Shown here: positions 51,785-64,000 of the stretch, piece by piece | Position numbering within the stretch: position 1 is the first letter of the stretch | Layout of the letters: each line of letters begins with the position of its first letter | Source of the DNA: Girardia tigrina | Lineage: Eukaryota | Direction: 5' to 3' | Assembly: GCA_001938485.1 (NCBI GenBank) | Contig: MQRK01229233.1 | Span: forward strand, 1 to 64,000 | Length of the DNA: 64,000 nt | The notes under the pieces: generated by a model | Told to the model about the DNA's origin: nothing | What the model saw: only the letters and a program-made list of their open reading frames with translations | The model's database searches: none | Position numbers and translations under genes: made by a program

Positions 51785-52292
51785 ATATTCCGCAATATGA
51801 CGATCTTGGTATCAGTGATTTTTCAGATCAGTTATTTGATAATGTTGACAATGGATCTCCCTTAGGAAGCGATTCAAAAGCTCTTTCATCAAGTTTTACA
51901 ATTTCTTTGGATAAAGAATCACTTAAAAAGCCAATGCCAGTCTATGGTCATATAATGACGGCTGATCAACCTCAAAATGTTTCAATGTTTTGCAGCAAAC
52001 TTACTCCAAGCTTGTCAGATAGTCATATTTCGAAAACAGAAGTCTTATTCGAAAAATGGAATGATGGCGTTCCAAAACTAAACTACAATGATTCGTCTAC
52101 CTCAGAGAATCACGTTGTTAATTCTGATAAAAGATTCTACTCAGGACATTCCAATTATTACGACTGTTGTAATATTGATTGCAACATTTTGTCGCACAAA
52201 TATTCTATGGAGTCAATCGAAACACAAAACTATGAAACCATTTCTCAGGATTCAAAATCAGCATTCCCTTTAGAACATCCCACACATTATAG
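51785..52292 (+). CDS. Internal coding exon of an unidentified host gene (Ser/Asp-rich, ~169 codons)
   Basis: TTAG| acceptor, 508 nt open frame, AG|GTAAAT donor, higher complexity than flanks, no TE motif. Confidence 0.75.
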
Positions 52293-53117
52293 GTAAATAA
52301 ATTAATATAATAATTATATGTACATAATTGTCGGCTAAAAATTCATTTCTAATGACATATTAAACAAATTGCATCGTTTTAATTAATGCAATCTTAAATT
52401 CATACAACTTTTTACATCTTTCCAGTAAATTTAAATTTTATTATTAAAAATAGAATTAAGTTTATTTGTTCAAAATTTTCAATTTTTGTTAAAATCAAAA
52501 AATGCTGTATTGATCTGATCACACAACAGTCGAATGGATTTAAATCGACTAGTATAAGTTAAATAAGCGAGGAATTACTTTCCATCCGTTTTTTTAATTT
52601 ATTTGTTTCAGTTTTTACATATTATTGTTTTAGTGAACAATTTATTTTTTGCTTTAATTGCTTTATTTAAACGTTATTTTAAATTTCTTTTCTTTTGTCC
52701 TATTACAGAAATTCATAATGGAAAATTGTCTTTCAATGTGTCTAGATTGTCAAAAAGCCTTTTTCTATAATTTATTTCACAGTTGGATTTACTACTTCTC
52801 CTTTCCACTAGAATACTTAAGCATCTTTACATTTCTTTTACAAAACATTGTTTAATAATATCTCTATTCTTTATTTGATTATATCTCTGCTCTTCCTAAA
52901 TTGTATTGACTTGTTTGCGTTACTTGAAACATTATATAAATTTACTATTTCAATTTTGGTTATAAATCTGAGTAATTATTTTAAATATTCTTGACCGTTT
53001 GACTAATTGCAATTAGTAATATTGTAGATATCTTGAATCTCTTGAATATGCTTTGTTTTCAGTATCTGATACAAATCATAATAAAATCAAGAACGCCATT
53101 AAAATCAAATTTTATTG

Positions 53118-53158
53118 TCGCAATATATTTCGGTGGATTTTCCACCATCTTCAGGCTG
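53118..53158 (-). ncRNA. Minimal hammerhead ribozyme
   Basis: GC-CUGAAGA-U-GGUGG(aaaau)CCACC-GAAA-UAUAUU-GC. Confidence 0.85.
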
Positions 53159-53750
53159 AATTTAACAACAATTTCGCTGAGTTATATAGAGCAAATTGAT
53201 GATTATGCAAACATCTTGCGTAATAACTAATTAAATATTTTCAACAAATTGGAAGAGAGACTTGTTTGGACATTAATTGATGGATTAAGTGATTTAATCA
53301 ATAATGCTTCACAAGTAACTCTTTCCAAATAATTTTTAAAATTACTGCACAATATTTTAAAATTAGTTGTTTTCACCTCCGATTCACAACCCTTCATATG
53401 TCCAGCAATATTACTCCCATTACCAATCGTCCATGCTCCTGAATCCGTTTACAGAGATGACGAGACGTCTGTCAAATGTATGTAGAGTTGCACCCATTAC
53501 ACGAAAATTGATAAACCAGATTGGAAGATAAACTCAAAGGAGTACGAGATTTATTGCTGAACATACTTTGAATTTTGTAAGAATTAGAAATGATTTTTAA
53601 ATTCAAATTTTTACTATCAATTGATTTTAAAATAGACGATTTAAATTTTTTGTAACCTTCTGAATAATGAACGATTAGGGTATATCCAATATTAGAATTT
53701 TCATTAGATAATTTATCGGGTTTTAATTCGTCTTTACCCTTGTTCCTTAA
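53118..53750 (-). mobile_element. PLE 3' end (GIY-YIG and UTR)
   Basis: IVPYSEG-like, LVYQFSCNGCNSTYI, ERVTCEALLI motifs. Confidence 0.88.
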
Positions 53751-53759
53751 TTCAGAAGG

Positions 53760-54520
53760 TTACAAAAACGTTTACTGGCGTTTCAACAGAAAAATGATTA
53801 GAAAATTTCCGCATCTACAATGCAACGCCGGATTTATTCTTTTGCTTCAAGAATTAAATAACATTAAATGAGCCAATAATTTCTGCAGTCAATAAGCGAA
53901 AACGTCTATCTTGGGTTAGATTGCACCACCATATGATATCATAACAATGATATTGAGTTATTTTCTCAGATGAAGAGTGTGAACTGTCTGACGAGAGTCT
54001 TAAAGTCTTTCTTCAACATGTCACAAGAAAGTCATTATGTCCACTACTTTTTAGAATATATGACTAGTGATCCTTGCTGACTTTTCTGAGACGGTCGTTT
54101 GAATAAAAAGAAAGGAAGATAAGAGTCTGTAATTTGTATGATTTGTATGAAAATGATCTCATTCACAACATTTGATTATAAATGTCATCAATGGATGATT
54201 TTAGGCTTATTTTGGCCTTCAAACCTCTCTTCACCTTTGATTTAGCACCTTTCGATTATTATCTTTTTAATTATCTTAAGCAAGTTTTTAGAGTTTAACA
54301 TTTCGCATGAAAAGAAGGTTTGAATGATGCATTATCAAATTTATGAAACAACAGCCCCGAAATTCTTTTAAAAAGACCAGTATGACCTTGTATTTTTGAT
54401 ACAATGTTTTTATGTAAATGAAGATTTCTATGAGAAATAACATTTTTATAACTTGTTTTATGACAAAGAAATGCTATTTGAATCAGATAATGTTTTCTCA
54501 GGTATGATCACTACTTAAAA
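53760..54520 (+). mobile_element. Decayed mariner remnant
   Basis: SPLDLAPFDYYLF-like (YSPDLAP.D) segment near 54230-54270. Confidence 0.55.
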
Positions 54521-54539
54521 AGCGCATCAAATTAGTTTG

Positions 54540-55360
54540 ATGAGTGCATTAAAGAACAATAATTTGAATTTTTTTGAATAGATATGTGTTAAAGCATTTT
54601 TAAAAAATTCAACGTTGGACATATTTCCATCACGATTTCTGATCATATTTTCTGATAGAATCCACACTAACACAACTAAAAAGGAGGACGAAGGGAAACG
54701 CGTTAAAAATATCAAAATCCCATATTCAGAAGGTCTCAGAAGATTTAAAAATAACATTTATAAAAATATGGATAATGTTAAAATAGTGTCCGTAACATCC
54801 AAAGTAAGAAATTACCTTACCATGAAATCCAAAACTGACAATTTAATGAAAGCTAATCTTGTGTATAAATTTAACTGTCACGGTTGTAAAAACTCGTACA
54901 TTGGAAAACAAATCGTCATCTCAAAACACAGATTAGTGAACAATCACAGTCAAGTAAATCGAGTAAGGTTTTTGATCACTGCAGATGTTGCAAAGAATGA
55001 ACTTCATCTATTTCTAAAGATGAATTTTCTATTTTTCAGAAGAATTTTGATTCGCATTATGAGAGGTTGTATTGTGAATCATTACTAATAAGACACTATA
55101 ACCCATTGATCAATATCCAAAATGGAGAAAGTAAAGCAGCCTCGATATTAAATATTTTTAAATAAATAAAATTAAATTAAATTAATGTTTATATTAAATT
55201 ATTTGTTACCATATATACTTTAAAAAATTATTTAAATTATTAAAATCAATATAACACAAATAACGATAAAACACAAATAATTGCTGAAGGTGATCAGAAA
55301 TCGTGATCGAAACATGTCTAACGTTGAATTTTTAAAAATGCTTTAATACATATCTATTCA
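54540..55360 (+). mobile_element. PLE 3' fragment with inverted terminal repeat (54575-54640 vs 55290-55360)
   Basis: KIPYSEG, LVYKFNCHGCKNSYIG; the inverted repeat contains the hammerhead. Confidence 0.88.
55281..55323 (+). ncRNA. Minimal hammerhead ribozyme (core variant CUGAAGG)
   Basis: CUGAAGG-U-GAUCA(gaaaucg)UGAUC-GAAA-CAUG-UC. Confidence 0.65.
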
Positions 55361-58300
55361 AGTGTAACAAGAAATTTTTGTAAGTGGTCCTACAAAATGA
55401 AAAACAGTTGTATTTTTATTATCATTAAAAATTCAGATTAAATGGGATACTTTTTGATATTATCCGTTAATAACAATAAATATTCTTTAAAATAATATTT
55501 TGAGTTATTTATAAATAATTTTTAATTATATTTTAAAATTTATTATTTACAATATTTTCATATTTTTTAATATTACTTGTAGTAATATTTAAATAAGAAT
55601 AAAAAATATTTTAGAGTTACTAATATCTCTATGAAATTTTTGCATTAAATTTTGTCAATAAATTAAATTTCCAAAGCAGTTTATTTGATCAACAAAGATT
55701 GTAATAGAGTTACAATGAAAAATTAAAACAAAAATATTTTAAAAATATTTTTGTTTGATTTTTTTGGAATTTTTTTTAAATAATGCATTTATTATTTAAA
55801 CTTGATTCATTAATTATTGATTTTTTTTCTGGCAATAAATTTCCATCTTTAATCTGATGTATTAAAACACGACATTTAATCATAAAGCATATATTAATAA
55901 TATGGCTTCTGGTACTGCCAATTGTCAATTAATTTTAATATTAAAATTGATAGATTTTATTATTTAATTTTATTGTGAACTCGTTTCCGTCATTTAATAA
56001 AATAAATATTAAAAATTATTTATTTTAATTTCAAAATATATATTTTATTTTTTATTGCTTATGGGTATAATTATCTGTGTAATGAGTTGATAATTTTCTA
56101 AATTTGCATCATACCTAATTATTCATCCAGTAAAAGAAATTATGTAATGATTTATTTTTTTAATAAAATTGAAATATTTCTATTCAGATTTTTTTAATTT
56201 AATCTTTTTTTGTACAGATTAAAAAATTCTTTTCTATAAAAAATGAATTAATTAACTTGTTAAAAATTCAGCCGTTTTAAAAATCAATGTTTTTTAAATA
56301 AAATATGATATAAATTATTCCGGTTAATTTAATTTTATTTATAATTTTTACTAATTTTGTATGACTCAAACTTTTCAACCCTTTGACGAGTACACTCGAA
56401 GTAACTCGAATGACAATCCCGGAAGAAATATGGTCAGTTATACTAGCTTCACATTTGATATTGCCATAATTTTCATGCTAGAATAAACACGGGAAGTGAA
56501 AACTAGTCTCCAGAATGTTGCACTCCGAGTGTTTTTTTATTCAAGAGTGCAGCAACTCCGTGACATTTTTGCATTGGAATCTGAAAAATGAACTTCTGTT
56601 TTAATAAAAAAAGATCTGTTGGTATAAATTTGTGTTATTATAAATTTATTTATTTAATTTATGTAGTTTACGGAGTTATTGCTCTGAAAACACTGGCGCA
56701 ATTAGCGGTGCCTTCGGAGTATAAAGCGTTAAAAAAGCATCATTATTCTAGTATTTGTATAACAGAACACAATTCTTAATAATTTTCTTGCTTTTATTAA
56801 GCTCCTAAATATAAATAAAATAAAAAACTGCGTTTTGATAAACTTTTAAAAGACTTCACATTATTAATTAGATCTCATGTTTTTATCTAATAAAATTAAA
56901 TTAACAATTCTATGGCGCATAATAACCACAATTTAAAAAAGTAAAACTTTGCATATAACAATATTTGTAATATATTATTTTTTATTAATTTTCTTTTTTG
57001 ATTTATTTCAATGCGAATGATTCTAAGCTAAATAAGCTTAAAGCATCAAAACAGCAAAATAGACAAAATTAACTCAAGAAAAAGACATTTTATTTCCTCT
57101 GGGTAATACCAGATCAAAGTTATCTTTTCAATTTTCGCAAATGTAAAAGAGTTCAATTAGTATGTTCTTATATTTTACTTTTATTCATCCTATTTAGCTT
57201 ATTTTGATTTTTATTTTAGAGAAAAAAAATAATGTTGAGATGAGCATGAAAACGTTAGTACTACAGAATTCAATAAACCATTTGTCTTGTAAATTATTTA
57301 CACGAATTGTAAAAGTTAATTTTGTAATCAACGCATTATTCACAAATTAATCCATAAAATCAAAAAAATTTCAGTTTTCTTTCGAAAGTAAATTTTAAAT
57401 CGAATATAGAAAAACAATTTGTCAATATTAAAAAAAAATCTTTCAACTCATTTATACTAATATTTCATGACTTTATTTCCGTACACGTTTTTTGTCGTCT
57501 TTGAACATCATCAGCCAATTGTTTGAAGCTATCTTTTTTCTAGTTTCTTTCCAATCCTTATTTATGAATAAATTATAATATATAAACAAATAAATAACGT
57601 ATTGCAAGTTTAATAATTCTCCACAATAGTTATTATTTTTATTATAATTGATAATCTTTAAGAATTAATAAAATTAAGTGCACTTTCAAGTGTGAAAATT
57701 AGTTGCTTTTAATCTTAAATATTTAATTCGATTATTCTTAAGGCAGGTTGTCTTTACAGAGTCTTCCTTCTATCTTAAGTGATTTTCAAAGTTACTTTAA
57801 ATGTCGACTGTGACATCTTGAGTCTCTGTGATTGTCTAATTTGTTTAAATAACATAAAATTATATCCTTTAAATATGAATTTCGCAATATTTTTAAACTG
57901 TAGTTTATTAACCTTTAAAATATTTCATAAATAATTATGGGAATTGCGTTCTCGAATATGACTTTATTAAAATAATTATTTGACAAAGAAATTTATTTTT
58001 CTCAATAATAACAATAAACATATTTTTTTATAAATATTTTTTTTAATAATAATAATTTGTAAAATTATAAATTTACTATAATAATAAATAAATAAATTTG
58101 CGAATAGTTACTAGTAATTAATAATTAATTTTCATAATTAAAGAAAATTGTTTGTAATGTTATATAGAAATCACATATTGGAACGGAAATCCTAACATAC
58201 TGAGTTTTTAAATTATAAGATAAGAAGTCAGGCATTAAATCGCTCATTAGTTATATTACTATTAGATGTACGTAATGTATAAAATGTCAGAATAGGACTA

Positions 58301-59417
58301 AAAAAACAGAATATTTGTAAAAATTAATTTTCTACATTAACGAATTTGGCAAAGTATTTCGTTGTCTTTTTTAATCATTATTTATAGGATATTATTTATA
58401 ATTATTTTTTGACAATGCAATTTGAAATTTGTCGTTTATTTGTTTGTTATGGAAAGGTAAAACATTTGATATTTATTGTTTTCAACAGTTAGTACAATAT
58501 ATTTACTGTAATATAGTGGTAAATGTATACCAAGTAGTAGTAGAAGTTATAATTTTTACATTCATATATTAATTATTTTAATTAAAAATAAGGTAAATAT
58601 GAAAATCAATTCCGATTTTATTAAAAAAGCACGTATGAAATGATAATTTATTATAAATATTATAGTCCTCATATGTATGCTTGAAATATGTGCTATTTAT
58701 ATATTAACATATTAGACTTAAACTAGTTTCACACCATATAAAGAAAAGTGGTACATCTATTTTAAAGAGGTTATAAATTAAAAATTGACAAAAAGGTATT
58801 AAGTTTCGAATCTTTTCACTCTTCAATGGTAGTTTCATAATAAAATAATATATATAAATCGATTCAAATTTAACAATAATGCATAGAGCAATAAAAGAAT
58901 TATTGCATCACAAAACAAAGAAAAATGTTAGTTAAGAAACAACCAAACAATCTAACGTTGATCGAATATTGTTCAATTGTCTTCTGCAATTCAAAATGTT
59001 TGGTGAGAAGTCTCTTTATAATAATAATTAATTGAATTTACAGAAAACCATAGTGAGTATGTATGTTGTGCTAATTAAATAAAAATGATACGACTAAATA
59101 AAAAAGGCATAAATAACGAAAAGGAAAGCAGTTGATGTTTAAAAATATCTAAAAATCGAATAATTAAGGTGATACTAATGAGAATAGCAAGTAAAAATCA
59201 AGTCTGGCAAAGTATCTCTCATGGAAGCATTTTAAGTGTGCAGTGCTTTTTTTAAGTGTACGTTAATCGATCTAAGTAAATCCTTTTCAACCATCTTTTT
59301 CAAACCAACTAATGTGTAACTTAATTAGATTATGTGAACTGTAATTTATTATTTTATCTAAACTTTATAATTTTCATAAAGAAAAGAAAGGCCATTTTTT
59401 AATATTAAATTTATTCC

Positions 59418-59460
59418 CAATACAAACGCGTTTCACCATTTCGGCATCTTCAGTGCAATG
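59418..59460 (-). ncRNA. Minimal hammerhead ribozyme
   Basis: CAUUGCA-CUGAAGA-U-GCC(gaaau)GGU-GAAA-CGCG-UU-UGUAUUG. Confidence 0.85.
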
Positions 59461-60110
59461 AAATAAAGTGATTAATTGCTATTTATATAGTTGAAAAACT
59501 ATTACATCATGCGTCTCAAAAACATGCTTTTTTTCCTTTTTTTTAAAAAAAAAAGAAAAGTATTTTTAATGATATTTTAAAAAACTTTAATATGATTAGA
59601 TGAATCACCTTGTTTGAATCACCTATATATATATAATTTTCATATATATATATATATATATAGGGTAATAATGGCAAAAATATTTTAATTAAAAATTTTA
59701 AATATTGAAATAACCTTTCTTTGTCCATTCTGAATGTTAATTGATGGGTTGTAGTGTCTTATTAGTAGAGATTCACAAAACTGTCCTTCATAATGTGAAT
59801 CAAATCCCTTTGTAGAACAGAAAACTCATCTTTTGAAAACTATCCTTACATCATGATCAAGAAGCTAACTCGATCGACTCTTTTGCGAGTGCTCACTAAT
59901 CCGGGTTTTGAGATGATGATTTGTCTCTCCAATGTATGAGTTTTGACAAATGTTACAATTAAATTTATATAGCAGATTAGCTTGCAAACCACAAAACTGT
60001 TTTCGATTTGTTTGAGAGTGCAAAGTTCAAAGTTTCCTCTCAAACAAATCGAAAATAGTTTGTGGTTTGCAAGCTAATCTGGTATATAAATTTAAGTTTC
60101 ATGGGTGTAC
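59418..60110 (-). mobile_element. PLE 3' fragment with 5' inversion forming a ~60-bp-arm hairpin (59958-60095)
   Basis: YKFNCNICQNSYIGETNHHLKTRISEH on minus; inverted duplicate on plus. Confidence 0.85.
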
Positions 60111-61009
60111 GCGTGATAAATGTGATAAGTTAAACAATAATCGATTTTTTTAACTATCATGCACATAAGTATATATAAACACAATTTTATTCTTGCATTA
60201 CATTAATATCGATGTGAGTCCACGAGAATTTTGGTCATTCCACTTATGTGAACCAGAATACAATTTTATTATTAATAGAGCCTGTAACAAAAGTGAATTT
60301 AATTTAGACGAAAAAGTAATTCAAATATTAAAATTATAATAAAACCAGGGGATGTTGTTTGGAAACAGAGAATTAAACCACACAGGAAGAATCAAATAAT
60401 ATATTATTATCTATATTTGAATAAATACATATACTAATAAGCATTTTCTTTGAGTATAATTACATGATTATAATATAATAATTTGAGTATAATAATACAT
60501 GAATTCCAAAATGTAAAATTTGATATGAAACATATGAAACTTCTCTATTTAGATCTTAATGATACGGTTGAATACGCAGAAATGTTAAAAAATAATTTTG
60601 TGGATGGGAACAATTATTGGATATAAAGATATCAGGATATATTCCAACAAAATATATTGTTTTGTTATAATTTTCTCTTTCACTTTTTATCATATACTTT
60701 AAAAATCATTTGAAGATTCTCCTGTTCTCTAAAAGCTTCATATATCAACTGAGACCTAATCTCTAGAGTTAAATATTTTTCAAACGTTTGATATTTCAAA
60801 CAAGTTTTAATATTTTTGAAAGTACAAAAGATGTTCTGATAAAATGAACAATTTTCGATAATATTTCTCGATAATCGAAAATCAAAAATAAATTAATTTA
60901 TCATATATAATATTTCATTAATGAAATAAAATATTTTTTCTGAAGACACGTTTTTTATACCCTAATACATTTTTAAAAAAACTATTTGAAAGGAATATGT
61001 AATATACTA

Positions 61010-62219
61010 CAGGGTGCGGCAGCTATTTGAGAACAAAATGACATAAAGTTCAAAAAATGAATATACAACAGAAAAATAACATTTATTACAATTTAAAATT
61101 TTACATATATTAACACGTACANNNNNNNNNNNNNNNNNNNNNNNNNNNNNNNNNNNNNNNNNNNNNNNNNNNNNNNNNNNNNNNNNNNNNNNNNNNNNNN
61201 NNNNNNNNNNNNNNNNNNNNNNNNNNNNNNNNNNNNNNNNNNNNNNNNNNNNNNNNNNNNNNNNNNNNNNNNNNNNNNNNNNNNNNNNNNNNNNNNNNNN
61301 NNNNNNNNNNNNNNNNNNNNNNNNNNNNNNNNNNNNNNNNNNNNNNNNNNNNNNNNNNNNNNNNNNNNNNNNNNNNNNNNNNNNNNNNNNNNNNNNNNNN
61401 NNNNNNNNNNNNNNNNNNNNNNNNNNNNNNNNNNNNNNNNNNNNNNNNNNNNNNNNNNNNNNNNNNNNNNNNNNNNNNNNNNNNNNNNNNNNNNNNNNNN
61501 NNNNNNNNNNNNNNNNNNNNNNNNNNNNNNNNNNNNNNNNNNNNNNNNNNNNNNNNNNNNNNNNNNNNNNNNNNNNNNNNNNNNNNNNNNNNNNNNNNNN
61601 NNNNNNNNNNNNNNNNNNNNNNNNNNNNNNNNNNNNNNNNNNNNNNNNNNNNNNNNNNNNNNNNNNNNNNNNNNNNNNNNNNNNNNNNNNNNNNNNNNNN
61701 NNNNNNNNNNNNNNNNNNNNNNNNNNNNNNNNNNNNNNNNNNNNNNNNNNNNNNNNNNNNNNNNNNNNNNNNNNNNNNNNNNNNNNNNNNNNNNNNNNNN
61801 NNNNNNNNNNNNNNNNNNNNNNNNNNNNNNNNNNNNNNNNNNNNNNNNNNNNNNNNNNNNNNNNNNNNNNNNNNNNNNNNNNNNNNNNNNNNNNNNNNNN
61901 NNNNNNNNNNNNNNNNNNNNNNNNNNNNNNNNNNNNNNNNNNNNNNNNNNNNNNNNNNNNNNNNNNNNNNNNNNNNNNNNNNNNNNNNNNNNNNNNNNNN
62001 NNNNNNNNNNNNNNNNNNNNNNNNNNNNNNNNNNNNNNNNNNNNNNNNNNNNNNNNNNNTGTGTCCTGCAGCTAATGACACAATAACTGCATGCCTTTTC
62101 ATTTCATTCGTAAGAGTAGCTTCTGCCATGTCTACCAGCAAATATAAAATTATGTAATTATAACACACAAAAAGATATGGTGTCTATATTACGTGTTCTC
62201 AAATAGCTGCCGCACCCTG
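61010..62219 (-). mobile_element. Full-length Tc1/mariner-superfamily element, transposase mostly N-masked
   Basis: Perfect 26-bp TIRs CAGGGTGCGGCAGCTATTTGAGAACA, TA TSD, ORF start MAEATLTNEMKRHAVIV. Confidence 0.9.
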
Positions 62220-63271
62220 TATAGGCTTGACTTGAAGGAATGTCTTTTTTTTATCAACACTTTATGAATACATAGTTACACAATTAAAGAAATGAAATAG
62301 TTTAACGTATTAAAATGATGTTGCTTTAGAATTAAATGAATTTAAATACAAATTAAATACAAATATAAATACAAAATCACTTATCAATTACACTAGTGAT
62401 TCAATTTTACTTCTTTTTCTCATTACACTGGAGAGTTTTCAGAATGCAGTTGTTATTAAGAGAAATACATTTTCTAAGGGAAACGTTATGCAGAAATGAG
62501 TACTTAAACACAGAGATTCACCAAATTAAAACGAATGCATGGGTCAAGAATTACTCAAGTAAAGTGCAAATTCAAAGAACTACCAAGATTTTTTTCGAAA
62601 GGAGGAAGAGAGAGAGATAGGGTACTGACAAAGAAAGTGTCATTCAAAACTCACAAATGCACTATTCATAAAATTTCAAAAATGTTTAATGCATTCCACA
62701 AAATGATACAACGCATTATTTCAGACGATTTGAAGTGGGTTTTCAAATGAGACAACTGAGTTCCTAAAATCCAAAAAGACAATCACGAACTGCAAGCGAA
62801 TGAAATGTAGTGAGACTACCAACAGAATTATACCGAGGACATTAGATAAAAATAGTTATATCAAAGACCGAGGTTGGATTTACTAGCTGGGAAAGAATGA
62901 CTTTCGATATGAAATTTTGATTATAATGACAGTCTTATTTTCCGAATTATATCATTTTCGTATTTTCAAGGAAGGTGAAAAAGTAAATAGTGAATTACTT
63001 AAAGCCTTCATATAACATTGTATCAACAAATTTAACTTTTATGAACTAAAAAATCAACGGATTAACATGCGTGTATTATAAGAATAACTCAGCCATTGTA
63101 TTCACTCTTTTACAACTTATGTAATATATTTATTCTCCACATTTTTGATGTGCAAAAAATTTTAAATTAAACTTTGATGACACTGACAACTTATACATAT
63201 TCAAACAAATCACTCATTTTTTCTCAAGTAATTACGTATCCAGAATTTGATATGCTTTCAATATATATCGA

Positions 63272-63626
63272 CTAGCGCGCTCGGCCCGCTTCGCGGCCCT
63301 CTCTTGCCGTGGGTTCAATGTTATTAGATCACGCGACTTTTTTCTGAAAGCATTTTTATTGAAAATTTCAGTGTTTCGAGTATAAAAAATCGTATAACAA
63401 AAGTTTTTATTTCTGTTTAATGCAAAGTTTGAAAATCATATCTCGAGACAAAATGATATTTAAGAAATTACGGTTACAAAAATCGCATTCATTCTAATAT
63501 CACTCTAATATTTATTTATTATTATACAATCATTTCTTTATTGATTATAAAATCATTTCAAAAATTTACCTTACAGCGTTAGTGAGGCAGTGAGGCAGGC
63601 AGTGAGTGACTTGGGCTTTTATAAGA
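63272..63626 (-). mobile_element. Non-autonomous Helitron
   Basis: On minus: A|TC start, CACT/GCCT microsatellite, GC hairpin GGCCGCGAAGCGGGCC, CTAG|T end. Confidence 0.85.
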
Positions 63627-64000
63627 TAATAATGTCTTTGACAACAACGGCAATTATATACAATATCACAAAGCTATATGTATATTCATCCTTAATTTTT
63701 TTTGAAGTTAATCCTTAAAAGTTAATTTTTTATTAGATAGATTTTTTAATTCTTTACTGAAAATTTTTTATGTATCTATTTAAAATTGAGAACAGGATAA
63801 TTTTTGAAACAGTCCTAGCAAGTAGATCGATCACGATCTACCATATTCATTAAGTCTAGCCATTTTTACGAATAATTGATTAGAAAAAAACTGACTATTT
63901 ACATGAACAATGGATATTAGCTTACTTTTTGTCATGATGGAAAACTTTCATAACCGATCCTTCAAAAAATAAATTATAATAAAATCGCTAAGTTAAAATA

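Noticed and set aside
56377-56732. piggyBac-like MITE
   Set aside because: Left TTAA imperfect and TIR match too weak to call
59958-60095. Long hairpin as a miRNA precursor or MITE
   Set aside because: Arms are PLE endonuclease coding sequence; explained by 5' inversion

Overview
Very AT-rich eukaryotic DNA, probably an invertebrate; a planarian-like flatworm is plausible but cannot be proven from this window. It is dominated by nested, mostly decayed transposable elements. These are: Penelope-like retroelements (PLEs) carrying at least six recognisable minimal hammerhead ribozymes, Gypsy/CsRn1-type and BEL/Pao LTR elements, hAT (Ac- and Buster-type), Tc1/mariner, Merlin, Mutator-like, piggyBac-like and Helitron-type elements. 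Host-derived sequence is limited to an intronless, disabled N-terminal VPS52 copy (8.7-9.5 kb, minus strand) and two phase-compatible candidate exons (17926-18040 and 51785-52292, plus strand) separated by a ~33.7 kb TE-filled intron. The most unusual object is a young (LTRs ~99% identical) RT-less LTR element at 44588-48492. Its Pol-like frame runs protease - low-complexity linker - array of six TQT-type (dynein light chain LC8-like) motifs - integrase C-terminal tail, with RT, RNase H and the integrase core absent. Other oddities: a 23-nt copy of the 18S rRNA 3' terminus inside a hAT element, a PPT-LTR-PBS junction with a double-CHCC mini-gag preceded by clustered RFX/MYB-like motifs, and a Gypsy fragment bracketed by a 140-bp non-LTR duplication. 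All calls were made by eye; no database search was run.
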